Source: an uncultured Bacteroidota bacterium (GTDB lineage: Bacteria > Bacteroidota > Bacteroidia > Chitinophagales > Chitinophagaceae). Taken from it: a DNA stretch of 49,367 nt. The number at the start of each line of letters is the position of its first letter. Position 1 is the first letter of the stretch. The stretch is from positions 1 to 49,367 of the forward strand of contig CAIWHF010000123.1 in the NCBI GenBank assembly GCA_903912405.1, written 5' to 3'. Made by a program: the position numbers and the translations under genes. Under the pieces are notes generated by a model. The model saw only the letters and a list, made by a program, of their open reading frames with translations, did no database searches and had not been told where the DNA came from. Positions 1-9,164 of the stretch are shown piece by piece.

Positions 1-667
1 GCATAGCAGCAAGGGGTGAAAGCCCAATGGCGCCCAAGCTTTTTTGTGTTTGTGTAAACGTGATGGGGCTTACGAGCATCACTACTGCCGCAAAACCAAA
101 AGCTACATTCCAGCGGAGCGCAGCGGGTACAAGTGATGACCATAACGAACCATTAGCAACGGCAATACAAATATAGCCGCCAATTAGAGCGCCTAAATTA
201 ACGCCTGCATAAAACAAAGAAAAGCCCGCATCGCGTCTTGGATCATCGTCGGCATAGAGCTTTCCTACGATGGTAGAAATATTGGGTTTAAAAAAGCCAG
301 TGCCTATGATGGTGAAGCTGATACCAAAAAAGAAAAAATGTTGCGGATCGATGGCTAAAATAATACTACCAACAATCATGAGTAAGCCACCCCAAAATAA
401 AGATTTTCGGTAGCCCAATAATTTGTCGGCAAACAGGCCACCAATAAAGGTGAAGGCATAAACGAAAGCCTGCGTAGCGCCATATTGCAAATTGGCTACT
501 TTATCGTTCATGGACAATTGGCTCACCATAAAGATGACCAGCATGCCCCGCATACCATAGAAGCTAAAGCGTTCCCACATTTCACTAAAAAACAAATACC
601 ATAATTGCTTAGGGTATTTCCCTTTAAAATTTTGTATTTCTTGTATGCTGCTATTTGTGTTTTCCAT
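1..667 (-). CDS. Proton-dependent oligopeptide transporter (POT/PTR2 family, MFS); N-terminal part only, C-terminus lies beyond the window start
   Basis: Not in the supplied ORF track because it runs off the edge. My minus-strand translation from ATG at 667 reads MENTNSSIQEIQNFKGKYPKQLWYLFFSEMWERFSFYGMRGMLVIFMVSQL...GGLFADKLLGYRKSLFWGG...GTGFFKPNISTIVGKLY. It carries the POT ExxERFxYYG and FKPNIS motifs and is clearly paralogous to the adjacent gene 726..2261. Confidence 0.85.
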   Translation of the reverse strand, partial: MENTNSSIQEIQNFKGKYPKQLWYLFFSEMWERFSFYGMRGMLVIFMVSQLSMNDKVANLQYGATQAFVYAFTFIGGLFADKLLGYRKSLFWGGLLMIVGSIILAIDPQHFFFFGISFTIIGTGFFKPNISTIVGKLYADDDPRRDAGFSLFYAGVNLGALIGGYICIAVANGSLWSSLVPAALRWNVAFGFAAVVMLVSPITFTQTQKSLGAIGLSPLAAM

Positions 668-681
668 AAAACAATATTAAT

Positions 682-712
682 AAAAAAGCCCCGAATTTAT
701 CGGGGCTTTTTT
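682..712 (-). terminator. Rho-independent terminator hairpin between the two POT genes
   Basis: AAAAAAGCCCCG-AATTTAT-CGGGGCTTTTTT. The 7-bp GC-rich stem (687-693 / 701-707) is flanked by an A-run and a T-run and lies 14 nt past the stop of gene 726..2261. The symmetric flanks would allow action in both directions. Confidence 0.6.
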
Positions 713-725
713 ATTCATGTATGCA

Positions 726-2261
726 TTAGTTTACGCCATGCATCATTTTTTGTAAGCGTCTGCTTAGTAAGAATAACAATACGGCTGCAGTTCCCGAGAA
801 TACCACAAAGACCATAAAGTAACTTGGTAAGTCGCTAATCTCAAAACCTAAAATGCTTGGGTGTGTTGTAGCTGTTGGGTCGGGATATAGCGAGCTCATA
901 GTACCTGCTAATTTATTACCAGTAGCAACGGCCAAAAACCAGATACCCATCATTAAAGAAGTAAAACGAGCAGGGGTCAATTTGTTTACCATCGATAAAC
1001 CAATAGGGCTTAAGCACAATTCGCCAATAGTATGCAAGAAATACAAACCGGTAAGGAAGAAGATGCTAGCGCCGCTTGTAGGTATTACTTTAGAACCGAA
1101 GGCAATAAGTAAGAAGCCAATAGCTAAGAAGCCTAGTCCGAGCGATTGCTTGTAAGGGGCTACCGGGTTGATACCTTTTTTAGCCATGCGCACCCAAATA
1201 GCAGAAATGATAGGCGCTAGGATAACGATAAATCCAGCATTGAAACTTTGGAAATAACTTGCTGGCATTTCCCATCCTAAAATATGTCTGTTGGTTTGCT
1301 CTTCTGCAAAGAAAGTAAGTGAAGCACCTGCTTGCTCAAAGCACATCCAGAAGAAGATTACAAAAATCATAATGAGGATAATAACCCACAAACGATCTTT
1401 TTCTATTTTGCTCAAAGATTTGTCGGTGATGATTACAAATGGGCCTACTAAGGTCATGCCATAAATTAAAGAACCCCAAACATCTACGCCAAATCCAAAA
1501 TGGATAGCGCTGAAAGCTACAATAATACCTCCTACAAGAATCACTAATTGTTGGGTGCTAAACGCACTATCTTTAGCATCGCTAGTGGATGTTTCTGCGG
1601 CTTTATTAGGACCAACGCCTAATTGACGGCCATCGGGTGCTATTACATATTTATCTTTTGTAAGATAGAAAATCACTAAGCTGATGAGCATACCAATACC
1701 GGCAGCTAAGAAACCCCATTTAAAATCTACATTTTCTCCTAAATAACCACATAAGAGTGGCGCTACAAAAGCACCTGCATTGATACCCATATAGAAAATA
1801 GTATAAGCCGCATCTTTTCTGCTATCGCCATCTTCATACAATTGGCCCACCATGGTAGAGATGTTAGGTTTGAAAAAACCATTACCAAAAATAAGTGCTG
1901 CTAAGCCCGTCCACATTAGGGTTATAGAAAGACCTTTGTCGGCATTGGCTGCAAAGGAAGCAGAGAAGAACATGAAGAATTGTCCAATAGCCATTAATAA
2001 GCCACCCACAAAAATAGATTTTCTATTGCCCCAATAGCGATCGGCAACATAACCACCAATTAATGGAGTAAGGTAAACCAATCCGGTATAGCTACCATAA
2101 ATATTACTTGCTAGGGCTTTGTCGAGCAAAAGCATTTTGGTCATGTACAATACAAAAATTGCGCGCATACCATAATAACTAAATCGCTCCCAAAATTCGG
2201 TTGCAAAAAGTACATAGAGCCCTTTTGGGTGCTGGTTGCTGGAGGTTTGCATCTCTGCCAT
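726..2261 (-). CDS. Proton-dependent di/tripeptide transporter (POT/PTR2 family, DtpT-like)
   Basis: ORF track 726..2354 (-). MAEMQTSSNQHPKGLYVLFATEFWERFSYYGMRAIFVLYM... with ExxERFxYYG, GGYVADRYWGNRK and FFKPNISTMVGQLY motifs and many hydrophobic helices. I place the start at ATG 2261 (MAEMQ). The 31 upstream codons are AT-rich, look non-coding and would consume the divergent promoter region shared with purD. Confidence 0.9.
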   Translation of the reverse strand: MAEMQTSSNQHPKGLYVLFATEFWERFSYYGMRAIFVLYMTKMLLLDKALASNIYGSYTGLVYLTPLIGGYVADRYWGNRKSIFVGGLLMAIGQFFMFFSASFAANADKGLSITLMWTGLAALIFGNGFFKPNISTMVGQLYEDGDSRKDAAYTIFYMGINAGAFVAPLLCGYLGENVDFKWGFLAAGIGMLISLVIFYLTKDKYVIAPDGRQLGVGPNKAAETSTSDAKDSAFSTQQLVILVGGIIVAFSAIHFGFGVDVWGSLIYGMTLVGPFVIITDKSLSKIEKDRLWVIILIMIFVIFFWMCFEQAGASLTFFAEEQTNRHILGWEMPASYFQSFNAGFIVILAPIISAIWVRMAKKGINPVAPYKQSLGLGFLAIGFLLIAFGSKVIPTSGASIFFLTGLYFLHTIGELCLSPIGLSMVNKLTPARFTSLMMGIWFLAVATGNKLAGTMSSLYPDPTATTHPSILGFEISDLPSYFMVFVVFSGTAAVLLFLLSRRLQKMMHGVN

Positions 2262-2362
2262 AAGTTGTGTTTTAGAAATTAAATTAAAAATAATTTGCCC
2301 TAAAATAATTATTTTATTGTAACCATGAAACACTATTTGTAATTTTCCACTCAAATTAATTT

Positions 2363-3643
2363 ATGAAAGCACATAATATACTGTTATTAGGATCGGGTGG
2401 TAGAGAACATGCACTAGCTTGGAAATTGACGCAAAGCCCTTTGTGTAAAGCTTTATACATAGCTCCAGGCAATGCAGGAACAGCACAATTGGGTACTAAT
2501 ATAGCGGTTGCCCTCTCGGATTTTGAGGCCTTAAAAAAAATCTGCATAGAAAAAGAAATCAGCTTATTGTTTCCGGGCTCTGAAGAAGCCTTGGTTTTGG
2601 GTGTTTGGGATTATTTTAAACAAGATCCGGCTTTGGCACATATTATTGTAGCTGGCCCATCAAAAGCGGGTGCGCAATTGGAGGGTAGTAAGGCTTTTTC
2701 GAAGAAATTTATGCAACGCCATCAAATTCCTACAGCGGCGTATGCCGAGTTTTCGGAGCATAATTATGAAGAAGGCTTGCAGTATTTGGCACAGCATGCC
2801 TTACCCATTGTGCTTAAGGCCGATGGCTTAGCGGCGGGTAAAGGCGTGGTGATAGCGTTCAGTCATGAAGAAGCTTTCGTTGCTTTTGAGCAGATGATTA
2901 AAGAAGCGCAATTTGGAGCAGCTAGCAAAACAGTGGTGGTAGAAGCATTTTTAACAGGAATAGAGTTATCGGTTTTTGCACTCAGCGATGGCACCCATTA
3001 TGTGTTGTTGCCCGAGGCTAAAGATTATAAACGCATAGGAGAAGGCGATAAAGGATTGAATACCGGCGGTATGGGCGCTATTTCGCCCGTGCCATTTGCC
3101 GATGCGGCCTTTATGCAAAAAGTAAAAGACTTGATTGTGGAGCCTACGATAAAAGGCTTATCGGCAGAGGGTATTACCTATCAAGGCTTTATTTTCTTTG
3201 GCTTGATCAATGTGGGGGGTGAGCCTTTTGTGATCGAATATAATTGTCGTATGGGCGATCCGGAAACAGAAGTGGTGATGCTCCGATTAGAAAATGATTT
3301 GGTGGCCTTGCTAGAAGCGATGCAGGCGCAGCAATTAGATCAGGTGCAAGTGCAGTGTCATCCCAAAGCGGCTTGCACGGTGATGTTGGTATCGGGAGGT
3401 TATCCTGAAGCCTTTGAAAAAGGGTTTGCAATAAAAGGCTTACAAGCGCCTACCCAAAGCTTGCTTTTTCATGCGGGCACTAAAATGGCCGAGGATAAAG
3501 TGCTTACAAATGGGGGTAGAGTAATAGCGGTAAGCTCGTATGGCACTACTTTAAAAGAGGCCCTGCAAGGCTCTTATGATACGATATCGCAACTTGATTT
3601 TCAGCACATGAATTATAGAAAAGACATAGGCTGGGAATTTTAA
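2363..3643 (+). CDS. purD: Phosphoribosylamine-glycine ligase (GAR synthetase)
   Basis: 426 aa with full-length GARS/ATP-grasp hallmarks: ILLLGSGGREHALAWKL, GPSKAGAQLEGSKAFSKKFM, VLKADGLAAGKGVV, GDKGLNTGGMGA, EYNCRMGDPETE, LTNGGRVIAV. Confidence 0.95.
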   Translation: MKAHNILLLGSGGREHALAWKLTQSPLCKALYIAPGNAGTAQLGTNIAVALSDFEALKKICIEKEISLLFPGSEEALVLGVWDYFKQDPALAHIIVAGPSKAGAQLEGSKAFSKKFMQRHQIPTAAYAEFSEHNYEEGLQYLAQHALPIVLKADGLAAGKGVVIAFSHEEAFVAFEQMIKEAQFGAASKTVVVEAFLTGIELSVFALSDGTHYVLLPEAKDYKRIGEGDKGLNTGGMGAISPVPFADAAFMQKVKDLIVEPTIKGLSAEGITYQGFIFFGLINVGGEPFVIEYNCRMGDPETEVVMLRLENDLVALLEAMQAQQLDQVQVQCHPKAACTVMLVSGGYPEAFEKGFAIKGLQAPTQSLLFHAGTKMAEDKVLTNGGRVIAVSSYGTTLKEALQGSYDTISQLDFQHMNYRKDIGWEF

Positions 3644-3656
3644 AAAAATACGGAAC

Positions 3657-3685
3657 AATGGATATCAAATGATATCCATTTTTTC
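3657..3685 (+). terminator. Rho-independent terminator after purD
   Basis: AATGGATATC-AAAT-GATATCCATT is a perfect 10-bp stem, followed by TTTTC, 14 nt after the purD stop. Confidence 0.6.
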
Positions 3686-3708
3686 TTGGGCTACAAGGTG
3701 GTATTCCT

Positions 3709-3716
3709 TATCTTTG
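3709..3716 (+). promoter_or_regulatory. Candidate Bacteroidota -7 promoter box (TAnnTTTG) for the 3748..11661 operon
   Basis: TATCTTTG matches the TAnnTTTG consensus, 32 nt upstream of ATG 3748 and just after the purD terminator. This is a motif match only; such matches are frequent in AT-rich DNA. Confidence 0.35.
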
Positions 3717-3747
3717 TTACCTTATCAATATTATTTTACGAACAGTT

Positions 3748-6063
3748 ATGAAGTCAATTTTTTTTAAGAAAAACATCCTCCTAGGGATCCTCTTGTTAAA
3801 TACTATTTTTTCGTTTGCACAAAATGGAATTGTAAAAGGTTTTGTTTACGATAAAGCCAACGGGGAACCCATTATCTATACCAATGTGGTGATAAAGCAA
3901 TTGAATATGGGCGTGCAAACCGATATCAATGGCTACTTTACGTTCAGTCAGTTGAAACCCGGCAGCTATACCATCATGGTGCCGTATATGGGCTATGATA
4001 CCGCTTTGGTAAACATTGTAGTGCAAGCTAATGATGTGGTAACGCAGAAAATATTTTTGACCAAAAGAGAGCGCATGCTCAAAGGGGTAGAAGTAACGGC
4101 GCGCAAAACGGTGAAGATGACAACCGTGAATGCGGGTGTTACTACGATATCGCCAAAAGAAATTAAATTATTGCCAAGTGCCGGCGGCGAACCTGATATT
4201 GCTCAATATTTGCAAGTAATGCCAGGGGTAATTTTTACGGGCGATCAGGGTGGACAATTATACATTCGTGGAGGGGCACCTTCGCAAACCGGAATTTTAT
4301 TAGATGGTGTTACGATTTATAATCCATTTCACTCCATTGGTTTATTCTCTGTGTTTGAAACTGATGCTATTAAAAGTGTAGATGTAATGTCGGCAGGCTT
4401 TAATGCTTTGTATGGCAATAGAACTTCGGCAATTTTGGATGTGCGTACCAAAGATGGTAATAAAAACAGAACAGCCGGAAAATTATCAGCATCGCCTATT
4501 ATGATGCGTGCGATGTTGGAAGGACCTTTGTCGAAAGCGAAATCAGAAAATGGCGGAAGTGCCACTTATATTTTAAGCATGAAGCATAGCTACTTCGATA
4601 AAACTTCTTCGTCTATGTACAGTGTTTTAGGCGATCCGTTTAAGCAAGGCTTGCCGTATAGCTTCACCGATTTGTATGGTAAAATCACCTTGAGTGGTGA
4701 GAACGGAAGTAAGTTTAATATTTTCGGTTTCAATTTTGATGATAAAGCAAAAGTGCTGAGTGCACAGTCTAATAACGATTTAGCGAGCTTCAATTGGTTG
4801 GCTTCCGGATTGGGCACCAATTTTGTGGTTACTCCTGCTGGAGCTTCTACCTTGATTAGCGGTAAGTTTGCGTTTTCTAAATATGGTATCGATTATAAAG
4901 AGCAAGCGAATAGAACACGCAATAGTACCATTGATGGCTTTGAAGGAGCTATTGATTTCACCTACTTCCTAAAAAGCTTTTCTTTAGTAAAATATGGTTT
5001 AGAAGTAAGCGGACAACATACCACTTTATCGTATGTCAACAACTACAATATACCTACTACCTTAGATCGTCGAAATACTACAGCGGCTTTATACTTATTG
5101 GTGCGTCAGAACTTTAAGGAGAAATTAATTATAGAGCCAAGCTTTAGAGTGCAGTATTATTCTGGATTAGCTAAAATGTCGCCAGAGCCTCGCATTGGTA
5201 TCAAGTATAATATCAGTAGCAATGTGCGATTAAAAGCGGCTGCAGGTATTTATTCTCAAAATATTATCAGTACTAAAAGTGACCGAGATATCGTTAATTT
5301 CTTTTCAGCCTTTTTGTTGAGCCCTGATGAGCAAGTATTAAACACCGTAGGAGAAACCGTTAAGAATAATTTATTAACGGCGCGTCATCTCTTAGGCGGT
5401 ATAGAAGTAGATGCTTGGGGTATAGAATTTAATTTAGAACCTTGGTATAAAAACTTTTCACAAAATATAGAATTGAACAGGTATAAACTTTTTGCTTCCG
5501 ATCCTAATTTCATTACCGAGACAGGAAAAGCTTATGGATTAGATTTATCTGCAAAATACCAAACGAAAGCATGGTATTTATGGTGTGCAGCCTCAGTGCA
5601 AAATGTAACGCGCTTTGATGGCAAACAAACCTATGCGCCACCTTTCGATCGACGCTTCAATGTTAATATCGTTTCTTCGTATACCTTAGGAAAAAATAAA
5701 GAGTGGGATCTTTCGGGTCGTTTTAATTACGGTTCTCCATTTCCATTCACACAAACGCAAGGATTTTATGAGCAGTTGAATTTATTAAACAATGGTATTG
5801 GTTCCAATTATTTGGGGCAGAATGGCAACTTAGGTATTTTGTATGCCGATCAAATTAATGGCGGGCGCTTATCGCATTATCATCGATTGGACTTATCTGC
5901 AAAAAGAAAATTTGTGATCAGCAAAACCAGTACCGTAGATGCTACTTTCAGTGTTACGAATGTGTATGATCGTCAGAATATTTTTTATGTAAATAGAGTA
6001 ACGAATGAACGAGTATATCAATTGCCTTTCTTTCCTAGCTTAAACGTAACATGGAATTTTTAA
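3748..6063 (+). CDS. TonB-dependent receptor-like outer-membrane protein with N-terminal carboxypeptidase-regulatory-like (CarboxypepD_reg) domain
   Basis: 771 aa. Signal peptide ...TIFSFAQ. GIVKGFVYDKANGEPIIYTNVVIKQLNMGVQTDINGYFTF..LKPGSYTIMVPYMGYD is a CarboxypepD_reg pattern. DIAQYLQVMPGVIFTGDQGGQLYIRGGAPSQTGILLDGVTIYNPFH...FNALYGNRTSAILDVRTKDG is a plug-domain pattern. A long beta-rich region ends in an aromatic residue (NVTWNF). Confidence 0.8.
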   Translation: MKSIFFKKNILLGILLLNTIFSFAQNGIVKGFVYDKANGEPIIYTNVVIKQLNMGVQTDINGYFTFSQLKPGSYTIMVPYMGYDTALVNIVVQANDVVTQKIFLTKRERMLKGVEVTARKTVKMTTVNAGVTTISPKEIKLLPSAGGEPDIAQYLQVMPGVIFTGDQGGQLYIRGGAPSQTGILLDGVTIYNPFHSIGLFSVFETDAIKSVDVMSAGFNALYGNRTSAILDVRTKDGNKNRTAGKLSASPIMMRAMLEGPLSKAKSENGGSATYILSMKHSYFDKTSSSMYSVLGDPFKQGLPYSFTDLYGKITLSGENGSKFNIFGFNFDDKAKVLSAQSNNDLASFNWLASGLGTNFVVTPAGASTLISGKFAFSKYGIDYKEQANRTRNSTIDGFEGAIDFTYFLKSFSLVKYGLEVSGQHTTLSYVNNYNIPTTLDRRNTTAALYLLVRQNFKEKLIIEPSFRVQYYSGLAKMSPEPRIGIKYNISSNVRLKAAAGIYSQNIISTKSDRDIVNFFSAFLLSPDEQVLNTVGETVKNNLLTARHLLGGIEVDAWGIEFNLEPWYKNFSQNIELNRYKLFASDPNFITETGKAYGLDLSAKYQTKAWYLWCAASVQNVTRFDGKQTYAPPFDRRFNVNIVSSYTLGKNKEWDLSGRFNYGSPFPFTQTQGFYEQLNLLNNGIGSNYLGQNGNLGILYADQINGGRLSHYHRLDLSAKRKFVISKTSTVDATFSVTNVYDRQNIFYVNRVTNERVYQLPFFPSLNVTWNF

Positions 6064-6065
6064 CA

Positions 6066-9000
6066 ATGCAACAACCAATAACCTATTTTAAACAACGCGC
6101 CATAGTTTTTGTAAGCGCATTTCTGCTCGGCTTGAGTATGCCGACAAAAGCGCAAATTGCAACTACAGAAAATTTACAGGGCACTACTGCTGCGTGGAAT
6201 ACCCAGTGTGCGTTGTTATTTAAAAATGCGCAGTATGAAGCATGCCTTACTGTGGCAAGACAATTTTGGAGCCAAGCGCGTAAAAAGTCGAACACAACTA
6301 GGGTGGCAATGGAAGATGAAGTTAGCTTTTATCAGATTGCTAGTATGCTTGCATTGAATGATTCTAATGCCTTGTCTATGGCTAATAGTTTTTTGCAAAA
6401 ACACACAACGCCCTATTTTATTGACAAAATAAATTACTTCTTAGCGCAATATCATTTTCGTTTAGATCATTTTCAATTGGCTATTCCGTTATATGAGAAA
6501 GCATCTATTTCCAATTTAAATAATGAAGAGATTATTGATTTGAAATTTGAATTGGCTTATTGCTATTTCAATAATAAGAATTTTGAAAAAGCAAATTCGC
6601 TCTTTGCTGTAATGAAGTCATTGCCGGGCGTATATAAAGATGCAGCAAATTATTATTATGGCTTAATTGCATACAATAAGGCAAATTATAAAGAGGCGCT
6701 TTCATGTTTTGAATTGATAGCGAGCTCGTCTGTTTATGGTAATACGGTGCCTTATTATGTAGCCGAATTATATTATTTTTCTAACAATAAGGATAAAGCA
6801 CTTAATTATGCTTTAGGGAAATTGAATGAAAAAACTAAACTGTATTATGATAAGGAATTACATAAGTTAGTAGCACAAATTTATTTTGAAAAAAATCAGT
6901 ACGACAAAGCCTTGCCGCATTTCGAATATTACTATCTACATACCGATAGAATTAAAAAAGAGGAATTGTATGAATTAGCATATTGTAATTATTACTTAGA
7001 TAATTGGAAAGAGGCTATTGATTATTTCAAGCCTTTGAGTAATATGCAGGATTCCTTGGGGCAAACAGCGATGTATTTATTAGGAGCTTCTTATTTAAAA
7101 CTGAATGATAAAAAGAATGCAAAGTATGCCTTTGATATTTGTAGTCAGTTCGATTTTAATGCATCGCAAACAGAAGCATCTTTATATTTAAGTTCAAAAA
7201 TTAGTTATGATTTACAGCATGATCAAGATGCAGTGACAACTATAGAGGCTTTAAAAAATCAATTTCCTTCGTCTGCCTATACTGCCGAATTGAATTTAAT
7301 CTTAGGGGCTATTTTAGTTAAGAGAAAGGAATTTGAACCTGCCATAGCTGTCTTGCAAAAAGCACTTTTAACAGATGCGCAAACAACTATGTTGCTACAA
7401 GAAGCTTATTATGGGGCTGGTATTGCGGCCTATCTAAAAAGTGATTTTGCCTCAGCTGCTACTCATTTCTTAGCAAGCTCAAAGGTGGCGATTGAGTCAC
7501 CCTATCAGGTAGCATCGCTGTTTTGGTTGTTAAATGCCAACTACAAAAATGCTGATTACAATAATGCGTTGAAAGCCGGTAATTTATTTATTGAAAAAAA
7601 CAAACTATCTAATGATGCGCAACAAATAAGTGATGCGGCAACCAATGATCATGCACAGCTTATTTTAGGCTATGTTTGCTTAGATGCAAATCTATTTGCA
7701 GAAGCGCAAGTTTATTTTAAACAAGCACAGCTTTCAAAAGATAATACCATTATTAAAACAGCTTCTTTGAAAGAAGCAGATGCTTATTTTTTAGCAAAGC
7801 AATATGCTAAAGCCAGCATCTTATATGACCGTATTATACAAGATAATAATGAAGATAGTCCGTATGCTATTTATCAAAAAGCCATCATACTGGGTCTTAA
7901 TAATAAAGCATCAGAAAAAATTACCTTATTAAAAAAATTGATTGATGAAAAAAATGAGCAATCGCCATTTATAAAAAGTGCTCGTTTCGAGTTGGCTACT
8001 ACCTTTTATCAACAAGAACAATATGGAAAGGCTATAGAGCAATTTAAAATATTGCTTGACGATGCAACTGATAAAGATGCTGTTTCTAAAGTAGTCTATA
8101 AAATTGCAGCAGCTTATCAGCAGTTAGACGATACTACCAATGCATTATTATATCACAAAAGAGTGCTTACTCAATATCCATCTAGTGAAGAGTATGCGGC
8201 TTCTTTAGATGCGATAAAAGCTATCTATATGAATCATAATCAGCCAGCATTATTCATTGCCTTTAAAAATCAATTAGGCAATAGCGACTCGTCAACTCAT
8301 GCTGATGATTCCCTATTCTACGAAACTGCATTAAATTTATATGCAATCAATAATTGGGATAAAGCACTGCTTTCTCTCAATGATTTTATCAATCGGTATC
8401 CGACGAGCGTATTAATACCATCAGCCAACTATTACAAAGCGGTATGTTTGTCAAATTTGAAACAAACAAAAGGGGCTGTGGAATCGTATCGACAAGCGCT
8501 ACAAGCAGGATTGCAAGATGATCTAGAAGCTACGGCACTCAACGAAGTAGCTCGTTTGTCATTTGAAACTAATGCGCTAGATTCAGCTTTATCATATTGG
8601 GCTACCTTACGTGCCAATTACAATAATGCCATCTACTTAAAGCAATCGTATTTGGGTATGATGAAAGTACATGCGCTACAGCATACACCTGCTTTAGCCT
8701 TGAGCTATGCAGACAGTGCTCTGGCAACCAATGGATTGAGCAATAGCGAACAACATGAAATTTCATTTTATAAAGGCCGTTGTTATGAAGATCTAAAACA
8801 ATATGATTCAGCCTTAGTGTATTTAACTTTAGCACAGAAAAATACGAATGGGCTTAATCTAGTAATGGCCAATTATTATGCTGCTCTTTGTTGGTATCAA
8901 ATAAACAAGTTGGGAGAAGCAGAAAAAGAGGCAAATAAAACCATTGCTGCTGCAGGTGCTAATACTTATTGGATTGTAAAAACCTATTTGCTTTTAGCGG

Positions 9001-9158
9001 ATATTTTAGTGAAACAGAAAGATTATTTTAATGCCAAAGCAACCTTACAGAGTATTATCAAAAATGCTAAATTCTCAGATTTGAAACAAGAAGCACAAGA
9101 TAAATTATTACAGGTAAAAGTGCTGGAGTCTAAAAATACTAAGTTGAAAATCGATTAA
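6066..9158 (+). CDS. Large secreted tetratricopeptide-repeat (TPR) protein, ~1,030 aa, function unknown
   Basis: ORF track 6051..9158. Signal peptide FVSAFLLGLSMPTKAQ. Throughout there are TPR-like helical pairs with recurrent A..Y..A...Y....Y..A...F periodicity (for example NYFLAQYHFRLDHFQLAIPLYEKA, AELYYFSNNKDKALNYA, AQIYFEKNQYDKALPHFEYY). I prefer ATG 6066, 2 nt after the upstream stop. ATG 6051 (13-nt overlap) is an alternative. Confidence 0.75.
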   Translation: MQQPITYFKQRAIVFVSAFLLGLSMPTKAQIATTENLQGTTAAWNTQCALLFKNAQYEACLTVARQFWSQARKKSNTTRVAMEDEVSFYQIASMLALNDSNALSMANSFLQKHTTPYFIDKINYFLAQYHFRLDHFQLAIPLYEKASISNLNNEEIIDLKFELAYCYFNNKNFEKANSLFAVMKSLPGVYKDAANYYYGLIAYNKANYKEALSCFELIASSSVYGNTVPYYVAELYYFSNNKDKALNYALGKLNEKTKLYYDKELHKLVAQIYFEKNQYDKALPHFEYYYLHTDRIKKEELYELAYCNYYLDNWKEAIDYFKPLSNMQDSLGQTAMYLLGASYLKLNDKKNAKYAFDICSQFDFNASQTEASLYLSSKISYDLQHDQDAVTTIEALKNQFPSSAYTAELNLILGAILVKRKEFEPAIAVLQKALLTDAQTTMLLQEAYYGAGIAAYLKSDFASAATHFLASSKVAIESPYQVASLFWLLNANYKNADYNNALKAGNLFIEKNKLSNDAQQISDAATNDHAQLILGYVCLDANLFAEAQVYFKQAQLSKDNTIIKTASLKEADAYFLAKQYAKASILYDRIIQDNNEDSPYAIYQKAIILGLNNKASEKITLLKKLIDEKNEQSPFIKSARFELATTFYQQEQYGKAIEQFKILLDDATDKDAVSKVVYKIAAAYQQLDDTTNALLYHKRVLTQYPSSEEYAASLDAIKAIYMNHNQPALFIAFKNQLGNSDSSTHADDSLFYETALNLYAINNWDKALLSLNDFINRYPTSVLIPSANYYKAVCLSNLKQTKGAVESYRQALQAGLQDDLEATALNEVARLSFETNALDSALSYWATLRANYNNAIYLKQSYLGMMKVHALQHTPALALSYADSALATNGLSNSEQHEISFYKGRCYEDLKQYDSALVYLTLAQKNTNGLNLVMANYYAALCWYQINKLGEAEKEANKTIAAAGANTYWIVKTYLLLADILVKQKDYFNAKATLQSIIKNAKFSDLKQEAQDKLLQVKVLESKNTKLKID

Positions 9159-9164
9159 TCTATT

